Positions 56,268 through 64,000 of a stretch of DNA of 64,000 nucleotides are shown one piece after another. Position 1 is the stretch's first letter. Every line of letters begins with the position of its first letter. Origin of the DNA: Methanobacteriota archaeon (GTDB taxonomy: Archaea; Thermoplasmatota; Poseidoniia; Poseidoniales; Poseidoniaceae); NCBI GenBank assembly GCA_002719815.1, contig PBET01000024.1:3393-67392 (forward strand), in the 5' to 3' direction. Position numbers and translations under genes: made by a program. The notes under the pieces are model-generated. The model did no database searches and was not told where the DNA came from. It was given only the letters and a program-made list of their open reading frames with translations.

Positions 56268-58789
56268 TCACCCCTACGCAACATGCTTGACGTGAACAAG
56301 AGAATCCCAATGATGGCATACACGAGCCCCAAGCCCAATCCAGCAACAGAAGAAGGTCCTTGTTCGAGTTCAACGGACGAAGATTCGATGACCACTGCTA
56401 CCGAAGGTGATTGGCATGGCGCCTCCAAGATGCGATCATCAAGAATGGTTTGAAGTTGATAATCGGACGTTCCGATAAGATTCGGCGAATCCGTGAACGA
56501 TGTTGTATTTGTTTTACCAACAACAACACCATTTCGCGCAATCTCAAACGATGCTTGTACAGAAGACGTCCAAGTCCACTCAAGATTCACATCATTTCCA
56601 GATACTGTATGAACAAGGTTTGGGCATGCCAATGCCGGAATCGATTCAAGCGTCATCGACGTCGAATTAGTTGAGCCTGATTCATCGGTGACAACAAGCG
56701 ATACATCGAGCGATCCACTAAGAGGCATGAGGAGCGATGTTTCGAGTCCAGATGCGCCCCCGCTTGCCCAAGCCCATTTGTAATGGACGATTGCATTATC
56801 TGCATCGGTTGATGCACGTGCTGAGAGAACAACACGTTCACCAGCATACAGGGATTCTGTAAGCACCGTTATCTGTGCAATTGGAGGGGCGTTTTCAACG
56901 ATGATGGAAGACGTTGATACAACGGAACTTTCCCCATCACTGGCAACCACTTCAACACTCCATTCTTGGCCTGGACCGAGGTAGGATGAAGGCACAATTG
57001 TTGCATTATCAAGCGATCCTTCCCGAAACCCGTTTCGGAACCAAGTAATGGATGAAATTTCGGTCACATCTTCATCGAGGTCAGCCATGATCGCTTCAAG
57101 GGAGAGATCGTCTTGGGATGTAACGCCTTCATTCAGTACGATTGAAAGTTGAGGCTCTGTATTGATGATGGATACTGAAACCGTTTGACTTTGAGAACTC
57201 ACGTCTTCACCATCATCGGCTTGGAGAACAGCTGTCCATGTATCGCCCTTTTTTGTCGCAGAGAATGGCAGCGTTGCAAGATTGTTGTACGCTGGCTGTT
57301 CCGTCCCGTCAAGGTACCAAACGATGAGTGCCGTGAGCGTATCGCCATCAGCATCGCTCATGGTAGCATTAACTGTGATATCTTGATCTGTCGACGCTTC
57401 TGTAGCGCTTGTTGAAGCTGCATCTAGTTGCGGTCGTGTGTTCAAAATCTGGATTGTTGAAGAGGTGGCCCATGCTGACCAATCAGTTCCATCGTTGACT
57501 CGGATTTCGACAGACCACATGTCGTTTTTACTCGTAACAGATGCGTCGAGCATCGATGAGGAAAATGTTGTCAATAATCCGTTCTTCGACCAACGATACT
57601 CTGTTTGAACAATGGCGTCCATATCTGCATCAGAAGAAGTTGATGAGGCGGTGAGTGAATCGGATGTTGTTGGAGCCGATGGAGAAATGGTGATGCTATC
57701 AACTGTTGGGACTGTGTTTGACGTTTGATCGCTAATGGAAATTGAATTTGAACGAGCCCATGAGGAGTAATCTTCTCCATCGTATGCTCGGATCTCAACC
57801 TCCCAAGAGTCCCCGCTACGTGTCGTATAGGATGGGACGATGGTAAAATTGTCCAACCCATGTTGTAGCGAACCATCGAGATACCAACGATACTCGTAGG
57901 ATAATGCATCCCCGTCGTTGTCACTTGGACTTGTTACAGATGCTGATAGGTCATCATCATTGGTTGGTGTGGAAGGAGTCAATACCGCTGATGCAATCGT
58001 CGGTGGTGCATTGAACACCGTCACGATGTTGGATTGGGTTTCAGTTCCAACATCTTCGCCATCAGATGGTGTAACCTTTGCCCACCAGTCATCGTTCTTG
58101 GTCGTATGAGTTTTCGAAATCGTCAGCTGATCGTTAAACTGCGTTTGATGACCTCCATTCTTGAACCAATGAATGGATGTACCTGTCTCCAAATCGCCAT
58201 CTTGATCAGAATATGTGTATGCAAGCGTCAGATCATCAAGGGATGTTGCCATTGATGGTGTAATTTGAACGTTGGAAACTGAGGGCGGATTATTTGTAAC
58301 AACCACTGTTTCAGTAATGGTCAAACTCATGGTTGACCAAGCATCGCCGTTGTTCCCATAAGCTCCATTTGCAGTCATGCCTGCAATGTCGACGTTGACC
58401 GTTCCACTACCTGCAGATGGTGCTGTCCAATCGAAGGACCAAGCACGATTGACAGCATTTGAGTGGGTAATGGATTTGCCACTAACTTTGACAGAAGTAC
58501 TTCCTCCCGTAGCAAATGTTCCCTTGTCAACTTGGACATTGAATCCACCATATGTTCCAGATAGGCTGCTTGAAACTGATAGTTGGATAGAGTAGGTTTG
58601 GCCAGCAGTGTACGTGGACGGGAAATTCTCTGAAATTGTCACCGAAGAGCTGCTAGAATGACATCCGCATCCCCCTGAGGAGTAATGCCTCCCGTTGGAA
58701 TTTGCTTCGATGATAGGTGAAAGCATCACCATCGCAACAACGGCTGACAGGACTATCGCTTTTAGTTGCATAACAGAAAAGTATTCCAA
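56264..58789 (-). CDS. Large secreted surface protein: N-terminal C-x-C-H motif domain, five ~95-aa tandem repeat domains, C-terminal TM anchor
   Basis: Signal peptide; GGCGCHSS; repeats each with D.DGD...(Y/W)(R/F)W(Y/F).(D/N)G...W...DG.D(V/W)S; TM GLGLGLVYAIIGILLFTS + RRGD. Confidence 0.8.
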   Translation of the reverse strand: MEYFSVMQLKAIVLSAVVAMVMLSPIIEANSNGRHYSSGGCGCHSSSSSVTISENFPSTYTAGQTYSIQLSVSSSLSGTYGGFNVQVDKGTFATGGSTSVKVSGKSITHSNAVNRAWSFDWTAPSAGSGTVNVDIAGMTANGAYGNNGDAWSTMSLTITETVVVTNNPPSVSNVQITPSMATSLDDLTLAYTYSDQDGDLETGTSIHWFKNGGHQTQFNDQLTISKTHTTKNDDWWAKVTPSDGEDVGTETQSNIVTVFNAPPTIASAVLTPSTPTNDDDLSASVTSPSDNDGDALSYEYRWYLDGSLQHGLDNFTIVPSYTTRSGDSWEVEIRAYDGEDYSSWARSNSISISDQTSNTVPTVDSITISPSAPTTSDSLTASSTSSDADMDAIVQTEYRWSKNGLLTTFSSSMLDASVTSKNDMWSVEIRVNDGTDWSAWATSSTIQILNTRPQLDAASTSATEASTDQDITVNATMSDADGDTLTALIVWYLDGTEQPAYNNLATLPFSATKKGDTWTAVLQADDGEDVSSQSQTVSVSIINTEPQLSIVLNEGVTSQDDLSLEAIMADLDEDVTEISSITWFRNGFREGSLDNATIVPSSYLGPGQEWSVEVVASDGESSVVSTSSIIVENAPPIAQITVLTESLYAGERVVLSARASTDADNAIVHYKWAWASGGASGLETSLLMPLSGSLDVSLVVTDESGSTNSTSMTLESIPALACPNLVHTVSGNDVNLEWTWTSSVQASFEIARNGVVVGKTNTTSFTDSPNLIGTSDYQLQTILDDRILEAPCQSPSVAVVIESSSVELEQGPSSVAGLGLGLVYAIIGILLFTSSMLRRGD

Positions 58790-58828
58790 ACTCGTTAAGA
58801 ATGTTCGTTCCGAGCATCAGAAAATCTC

Positions 58829-60949
58829 TCAATAATCAAACAAGGTTGGTTGGGCCGTTGGAGAAGTTGATTTTTCTTCATCGAAATCGCCTGACAATTG
58901 TTCCATCAATGTCTTTTCATCCCATACTTGAACGTCGAATTTTTCTGCCTTTGCAAGCTTTGAACCAGCATTTTCTCCCGCTACGAGAATCGAAAGATTG
59001 CCCGATACGCTACTGACAACCTTTCCGCCGGCAGCCTTGATACGGGCCTGAATACTCTTTCTCGATTCAGAGAGTGTGCCCGTTACACAGAATGTCATTC
59101 CTTCGAACGGTCCTCCAGCAGCCACTTGGACTTCTTTTGTGATGGTCAATTGTGTGAGGAGATCAACGATGAAAGCTCTACGTAAATGAATGCCGTCTCT
59201 GAGTTGCAAAGCGACAATCTCTCCAACACCATCAATGGATGTTAATTCAGAGATTCGTGAAGAATCATCTTGGCTTTCATCAACCCATTGCAGAAGGTTC
59301 TCAGGTTGAACGAAATGATTCGATATTGCAGAAGCAAGTTCTGGACCAATACCTGGCAACCCAAGGGCGCTAAGGAACTTCGAAAAGGTCATTGAACGAC
59401 TTTTTTGGATCTCGTTCAGAACATTGTCAGCGGACTTTTGACCCATACGATCGAGAGAGAGCAACATCTGTTCATCCAACCGATACAAATCAGGTATGCT
59501 TGAGATGAGGCCTTCATCGATGAGTTGTTCGACAAGTTTCTCGCCAATCCCGTCCATTTCCAACGCTCTACAATAGTACAGGATGCTCCGACCAAGTCGA
59601 GCAGAACATTGAACATCCGTACATCGAATGAATGCGCCTTCAATCTCGATTGGTCCTTCACAAGCAGGGCATGCTTCTGGAGGAGTTATTGCTCGGCGTT
59701 GCGGTAGTTTTCCAGTAAATGGTTCACCATCTGCATGCACTCTACCTTCGATATCGTGTTGTGATGCAGCACCAAGGCTGGCTTCGATCTTTGGAATGAC
59801 ATCGCCTCGCCGAACGATACGAACTTTGTCACCGATTTGGATCTCAAGTCGTTCAATTTCACCAAGATTGTGAAGGGTTGTATTCTCGACGGTGACGCCT
59901 CCTACACGTTGAGGAGCGATACGTGCAACCGGCGTAATCGTTCCAGTTCGGCCCGTTTGCCAATCAACGTCGAGCAAGACAGATGTTGCTTCTTCAGGCG
60001 GAAATTTCCAGGCCAATGCCCAACGTGGATGATGGGCCGTCATGCCGAGTAAATCTCTCTTCTCGAGATCATCAACTTTGAACACAAGTCCATCGATTTC
60101 AAAACCATACGTCTCTCGATTTTTACTCCATTTTTGCGTTTCATGGCAAAGGGAATCGATTGATGCATCTTCTGTAGCCGAGTTGTGTACGACCCATGGT
60201 GCAGGCTTGACCCCTGCTATCGTAGTCAACCATTCGAGAATTTGGCTGTCAAATGCATCGCTTGGAGGTGCAATCGAATCGGGGTGACGCACATGTTCTG
60301 GAGGAAACTTCGCATCATAAGCAAGGAAGACCAAGTCGCTTGCATCCGCCTTTCCATCCGCGTTTTTCTGACGAAGCGCGCCAGCTGCAAGGTTTCTCGG
60401 ATTGGGGGAAATCTCCCGATATTTCGCTTCGAACACCGATTTTCTCATCACCACTTCGCCACGAATGTGAACATCGACTTCAACCCCAAGTCTGTTCGGA
60501 ACGTTTTCCACCTTGCGTGCATTTTTGGTAACATCTTCGCCCCTGTCTCCACTGCCTCGTGTTGCAGCTCGAACCAAACGGCCTTTTCTGTATTCGAGCG
60601 AGAGTGCTGAACCATCGAGTTTTGGTTGTGAAATAAACCGGGTTGATTCGAGTGATGATTCTTTGACAAAGTGAGCGATGTCTTCATCGTTTGTGCCTTT
60701 GTTCAGCGAGCGCATCGGGAACAAATGATCGACTTTGACTGTTCCAGGATCGATTTCAGCGCCGACGCGTTGCAATTGGGGATGTTGGGGGTCAAGTGCT
60801 TTCAATTCATCCCAGAGTGCATCAAATTCAGCATCTGATATCTCGGATTGTGCTTTGTTGTAATACAGATCGGAATGGTATGCAATCTGCTCAGATAGCC
60901 ATGCTACGCGGCTCTGGTTGGAAGTGGATTCCTTCGCATCCTGAGCCAT
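58829..60949 (-). CDS. ligA: NAD+-dependent DNA ligase
   Basis: Ia domain (SDAEFDALWDELKALDP), adenylation KLDG in SQPKLDGSALSLEY, OB, Zn-finger C..C...C..C, HhH, C-terminal BRCT. Confidence 0.9.
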   Translation of the reverse strand: MAQDAKESTSNQSRVAWLSEQIAYHSDLYYNKAQSEISDAEFDALWDELKALDPQHPQLQRVGAEIDPGTVKVDHLFPMRSLNKGTNDEDIAHFVKESSLESTRFISQPKLDGSALSLEYRKGRLVRAATRGSGDRGEDVTKNARKVENVPNRLGVEVDVHIRGEVVMRKSVFEAKYREISPNPRNLAAGALRQKNADGKADASDLVFLAYDAKFPPEHVRHPDSIAPPSDAFDSQILEWLTTIAGVKPAPWVVHNSATEDASIDSLCHETQKWSKNRETYGFEIDGLVFKVDDLEKRDLLGMTAHHPRWALAWKFPPEEATSVLLDVDWQTGRTGTITPVARIAPQRVGGVTVENTTLHNLGEIERLEIQIGDKVRIVRRGDVIPKIEASLGAASQHDIEGRVHADGEPFTGKLPQRRAITPPEACPACEGPIEIEGAFIRCTDVQCSARLGRSILYYCRALEMDGIGEKLVEQLIDEGLISSIPDLYRLDEQMLLSLDRMGQKSADNVLNEIQKSRSMTFSKFLSALGLPGIGPELASAISNHFVQPENLLQWVDESQDDSSRISELTSIDGVGEIVALQLRDGIHLRRAFIVDLLTQLTITKEVQVAAGGPFEGMTFCVTGTLSESRKSIQARIKAAGGKVVSSVSGNLSILVAGENAGSKLAKAEKFDVQVWDEKTLMEQLSGDFDEEKSTSPTAQPTLFDY

Positions 60950-60973
60950 ACTCTACCACCGTGTTGACCCCAT

Positions 60974-61414
60974 TTAAGGTTCATGATTTTGCAGTTTAAG
61001 TTCGACGAATTCTCCATCGATCATCGGACATCGTGACATAACAATGTTTGACATAATTCGCATGTGAATTTCGGCTACAACAAACACTGTCGCTTCAAAC
61101 ATATGTCCCGCGTGTGTTACAAAATCGTCGTCAGCAAAGGTGGCATGAAGGTGTGTGAATGCAGAACCATCCTCATGGCGGGCAAGATTTCCTTGTAAGG
61201 TGACGAGTTCAGCTGGTTGCTCAATTACACGCCGATGATAGGTGAATGTTTCATCCATGTATCCGAACGTTGAATTCATGGTACGACCGATTCCACTCGT
61301 AATCACAGCCCCATTGATGTCAAGTTCGTCTGCAAGTTTTCGAAGGGATGTGTGAATCTCTTCGCCCGGTTCCAGAACGATGACAACATCATCGCCACTA
61401 CGTGCCCATTCCAT
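60974..61414 (-). CDS. PPC/DUF296-domain protein (predicted PD1-like DNA-binding fold)
   Basis: MEWARSGDDVVIVLEPGEEIHTSL...AVITSGIG pattern typical of PF03479; start at ATG 61414. Confidence 0.6.
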   Translation of the reverse strand: MEWARSGDDVVIVLEPGEEIHTSLRKLADELDINGAVITSGIGRTMNSTFGYMDETFTYHRRVIEQPAELVTLQGNLARHEDGSAFTHLHATFADDDFVTHAGHMFEATVFVVAEIHMRIMSNIVMSRCPMIDGEFVELKLQNHEP

Positions 61415-61454
61415 GATTGAAACACACCAAGGAATCACTTAGCCATACCTCTCT

Positions 61455-61982
61455 TCATTCCTCTTCGTTTGGATGAAGGATGTCAACGATCTTCTGTGCT
61501 GCGACATCAAGGTCTGAGCGATCGCCTCCAAGCGGAAGAGGTCCGAATGGCCCCCAGCCTTTACGAAGCAACATAATTCGGTGCTTTGGTTGACGTTTTG
61601 GAAGACGAAGTCGTTGCCAGGCATAGCGTTGTCCATCGGCAAAAAGATGCGTTGAAGTAACTGCATATCGTTTTGGAACAAGAAGGGAAATGATATGCAA
61701 ACCAAGCAATACATCCCAAAGAATGACGTAGAAAATTGGTGTATTCGAAAAGGATGCGAATCCCCATGGTAGAGCCATCATTGCCGCCATTGAACCGAGA
61801 TTCGCCCATTGCCGGAACATCTCATGATTGCGCTCACTTTTCCAAGCAAATCCATTGTTTGGAAGATGTCCAAATTCGGGCACATCTCGATGTTGTCGAG
61901 TTAGCCACCAAGCATCCCAAGCCACAATCGCCCCTAAAATGAGAACCATCGCAATGGCAACGGATTCTGCACTCGGAAGCAT
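61455..61982 (-). CDS. Membrane protein (3-4 TM), unknown
   Basis: Hydrophobic ORF between PPC gene and beta-helix gene. Confidence 0.5.
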   Translation of the reverse strand: MLPSAESVAIAMVLILGAIVAWDAWWLTRQHRDVPEFGHLPNNGFAWKSERNHEMFRQWANLGSMAAMMALPWGFASFSNTPIFYVILWDVLLGLHIISLLVPKRYAVTSTHLFADGQRYAWQRLRLPKRQPKHRIMLLRKGWGPFGPLPLGGDRSDLDVAAQKIVDILHPNEEE

Positions 61983-61991
61983 AACAAACCC

Positions 61992-64000
61992 TCAAAGCAT
62001 TCGTTCATCGATTTCGCCCAATGATTTCGGGCCTCCACCACGAATTCGGATGAAGAAGATGATGAGAACCAAAATCAGAATCGCTCCAAGGAAGATAATC
62101 GGCGTAGAATTGTCTTCGGAATTGCCCATTGAACTTCCTTCGAGTTCATCGGGCGTTCCATCACCATCATCGTCCTGATCTTCAAACAGTGAAGTCGTAA
62201 ATCCAGGTGGACATTCGATTCGATCTGGTTGTCCATCTTCATCGGTATCCAACCAGGCACAGGGGTCTTTTGGCCAAACATCGTTTTCATCCAAACGGCC
62301 ATCATTATCATCATCCGGGTCGTATATGTCTGGGCCACATTGCAATCCGTTTACTGCATCAAACCATGTATCTGAACTACACGATGATGTCCAATCACCA
62401 TCTGTATCGAGTTGTGTTACTTCGATATCAACTTCGACCATGGATGTAAGCCCAAGATTGTCTGTTGCAGTAATTGAAACGACAAACAGGCCAGAATCAA
62501 GATTGCTAATGTTGAACATTGTTGATGTCGATTGCCCATCTTTGACCAGTTGGTTTTGAGCATCGAATACCTGCCAATTGATGGAAATGTTCTCGAATAC
62601 TGTCGTATCATCAGAAACGGAAATCGAGACTTCAACAGGCATCGTTTCCATATGACGTTGCCCAGAATATGGGCTTTGAATGGACAAATCGGGTGCTTGA
62701 TTGGCAAGAAGAACAATTTGAACACCCTTCGCAGCGTCTTGTCCGATTGGGAATGTGAGAAGCGTAGGCAAACTCATTGAAGATAAGGCCTCTACTGTAG
62801 CTTCATTCGTCGTTGAAGACCCTTCAAACGTGGTTTGTGTATGAAGCAATTCAACATCGATAAATGAGCCCGAATACGCAACTGCTGCCGTCAATAAATC
62901 GCTGTTGATCGAATACGTGGCTTCCACAACTTCTCCACCTAGTACGGCATGAAGGGAGTGGGTGCTCCATTCATTGAGCAACCCATCCGAATCAATTGAT
63001 TCAGATCCCGATCTTGTGGTATCGACTGCATCAACGCGACTGCTTGAAATCGAAATGTCCCCTTGAATCGTAGAAGACGACATTCGAAGGTCGAAGAATT
63101 CGACAGAAATGGCTTCCACAGATTGAATGGAAGCATTGGTCAGCAAGACTGGTGCTGGCTCTTCGAAATCATGTGCATGAAGTTTCAAGCCCACTGAGTA
63201 ATCCAAAATCTGTACTTCTTCCAAAACAACAGGCTCAGTAATGCCATGACGTATGGTTAATCCAACACCTGAATTCTCTCCATCCAACGTTAGATCGTAG
63301 AGGTTTCCAGAGGTTTCATCCAAATCGATTCCAGGTGCACCCCAAACGGAAAGATTGCGGAAATTGACGTCTTCACACATGAATGCAAATACACCACCAC
63401 TTTCACCAGCGTAGATATCCGAATCGCTAAGGTGGAAACCAGCATCAATGGACTGCATACGAACGACATACGCTCCGTCAAATGAAGAAGAGTCGATTCC
63501 TCGAACCTGGCCCGTCGTTCCAGTGAGATCGATACCATCCTCAAGTCCAGCGCCGAGGTTGAGGCCTTGAACATCAAGTGAGGAAAGACGGGCCCATAAC
63601 CCATCTCCATTGCAATCCGTTAGGGATACATCGTGCAATGTTAATGTTGCATCTTGACTTTGACTTTGAATGCACATTGAACCTGCATCTCGTAGGTCAG
63701 AATCAGTCATTGTCAGCGAGGATTGAGCGGTTGCTAGGATGCTGATCAGCGGGTCTCCTCCTGCAGAACGAGCGAAATGCGCCCCCTGTATACTTGCATC
63801 GCCAAGACCTGCCATTGTCAGCAAAGGAGAGCCTTCGGTTAGAACTGTACCAGAGAGATCGATACGTGAACCCACAATTCCATCGAGAAGGAGTCCTCCC
63901 CAACGAGCGCCGAAACCTGTCGATGATATCGTTGATGCTCCTGCTTCAAAGATGCCTTGTACATCGATAATTGCATTGGACGAAATGCGTAATTCAACAC
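61992..64000 (-). CDS. Surface protein with right-handed parallel beta-helix repeats, C-terminal Asp-rich Ca-binding (TSP3-like) repeats and TM anchor; 5' end lies beyond window
   Basis: Frame stays open from 63875 to 64000 with no start or stop; repeats of SxSDxxLxxxG type; DTDGDW, DPDDDNDGRLDENDVWPKDPCAWLDTDEDGQPD; TM IIFLGAILILVLIIFFI. Confidence 0.75.
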   Translation of the reverse strand, partial: VELRISSNAIIDVQGIFEAGASTISSTGFGARWGGLLLDGIVGSRIDLSGTVLTEGSPLLTMAGLGDASIQGAHFARSAGGDPLISILATAQSSLTMTDSDLRDAGSMCIQSQSQDATLTLHDVSLTDCNGDGLWARLSSLDVQGLNLGAGLEDGIDLTGTTGQVRGIDSSSFDGAYVVRMQSIDAGFHLSDSDIYAGESGGVFAFMCEDVNFRNLSVWGAPGIDLDETSGNLYDLTLDGENSGVGLTIRHGITEPVVLEEVQILDYSVGLKLHAHDFEEPAPVLLTNASIQSVEAISVEFFDLRMSSSTIQGDISISSSRVDAVDTTRSGSESIDSDGLLNEWSTHSLHAVLGGEVVEATYSINSDLLTAAVAYSGSFIDVELLHTQTTFEGSSTTNEATVEALSSMSLPTLLTFPIGQDAAKGVQIVLLANQAPDLSIQSPYSGQRHMETMPVEVSISVSDDTTVFENISINWQVFDAQNQLVKDGQSTSTMFNISNLDSGLFVVSITATDNLGLTSMVEVDIEVTQLDTDGDWTSSCSSDTWFDAVNGLQCGPDIYDPDDDNDGRLDENDVWPKDPCAWLDTDEDGQPDRIECPPGFTTSLFEDQDDDGDGTPDELEGSSMGNSEDNSTPIIFLGAILILVLIIFFIRIRGGGPKSLGEIDERML

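Noticed and set aside
55305-58789. Interpretation of the two surface proteins as c-type cytochromes
   Set aside because: Motifs are C-x-C-H and C-x3-C-H, not canonical C-x2-C-H, and only one site per protein. Kept only as a speculative finding, not annotated as cytochrome.

Overview
64 kb of a tightly packed archaeal chromosome, about 48% GC, with many acidic proteins. The archaeal assignment rests on a TFIIB-type TFB, an MCM helicase, GatE, two Pth2 peptidyl-tRNA hydrolases, archaeal-type phosphatidylserine decarboxylase, two PAC2-family proteins and a PGF-CTERM-like sorting tail. Secreted proteins carry Sec-type rather than twin-arginine signal peptides, and the acidic proteome suggests a low-GC halophilic or marine euryarchaeon; the exact lineage cannot be resolved from sequence alone. 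About 50 protein genes are supportable. Housekeeping genes include pabC-like/pabAB, ychF, a RaSEA-like radical-SAM gene, psd, pip, ltaE, gatE, mcm, purM, trm1 and ligA. There is a large set of secreted or anchored surface proteins (RCC1, PQQ, FG-GAP, PKD, beta-helix and tandem-repeat types). One tRNA-Arg(GCG) at 45596-45672 is missed by the ORF track. No rRNA, CRISPR array, transposase or integrase was seen. The most unusual content is an 8.7 kb bacterial-type AddAB-like helicase-nuclease operon in this archaeal setting. Other points of note are a divergent TFB paralog preceded by a palindromic ACATGAAT repeat operator, an origin-recognition-box-like element upstream of mcm, a three-gene operon linking a YchF GTPase to an EF-hand membrane protein, tandem Pth2 paralogs, and two adjacent, paralogous secreted proteins with a Cys-X(1-3)-Cys-His motif just after the signal peptide.
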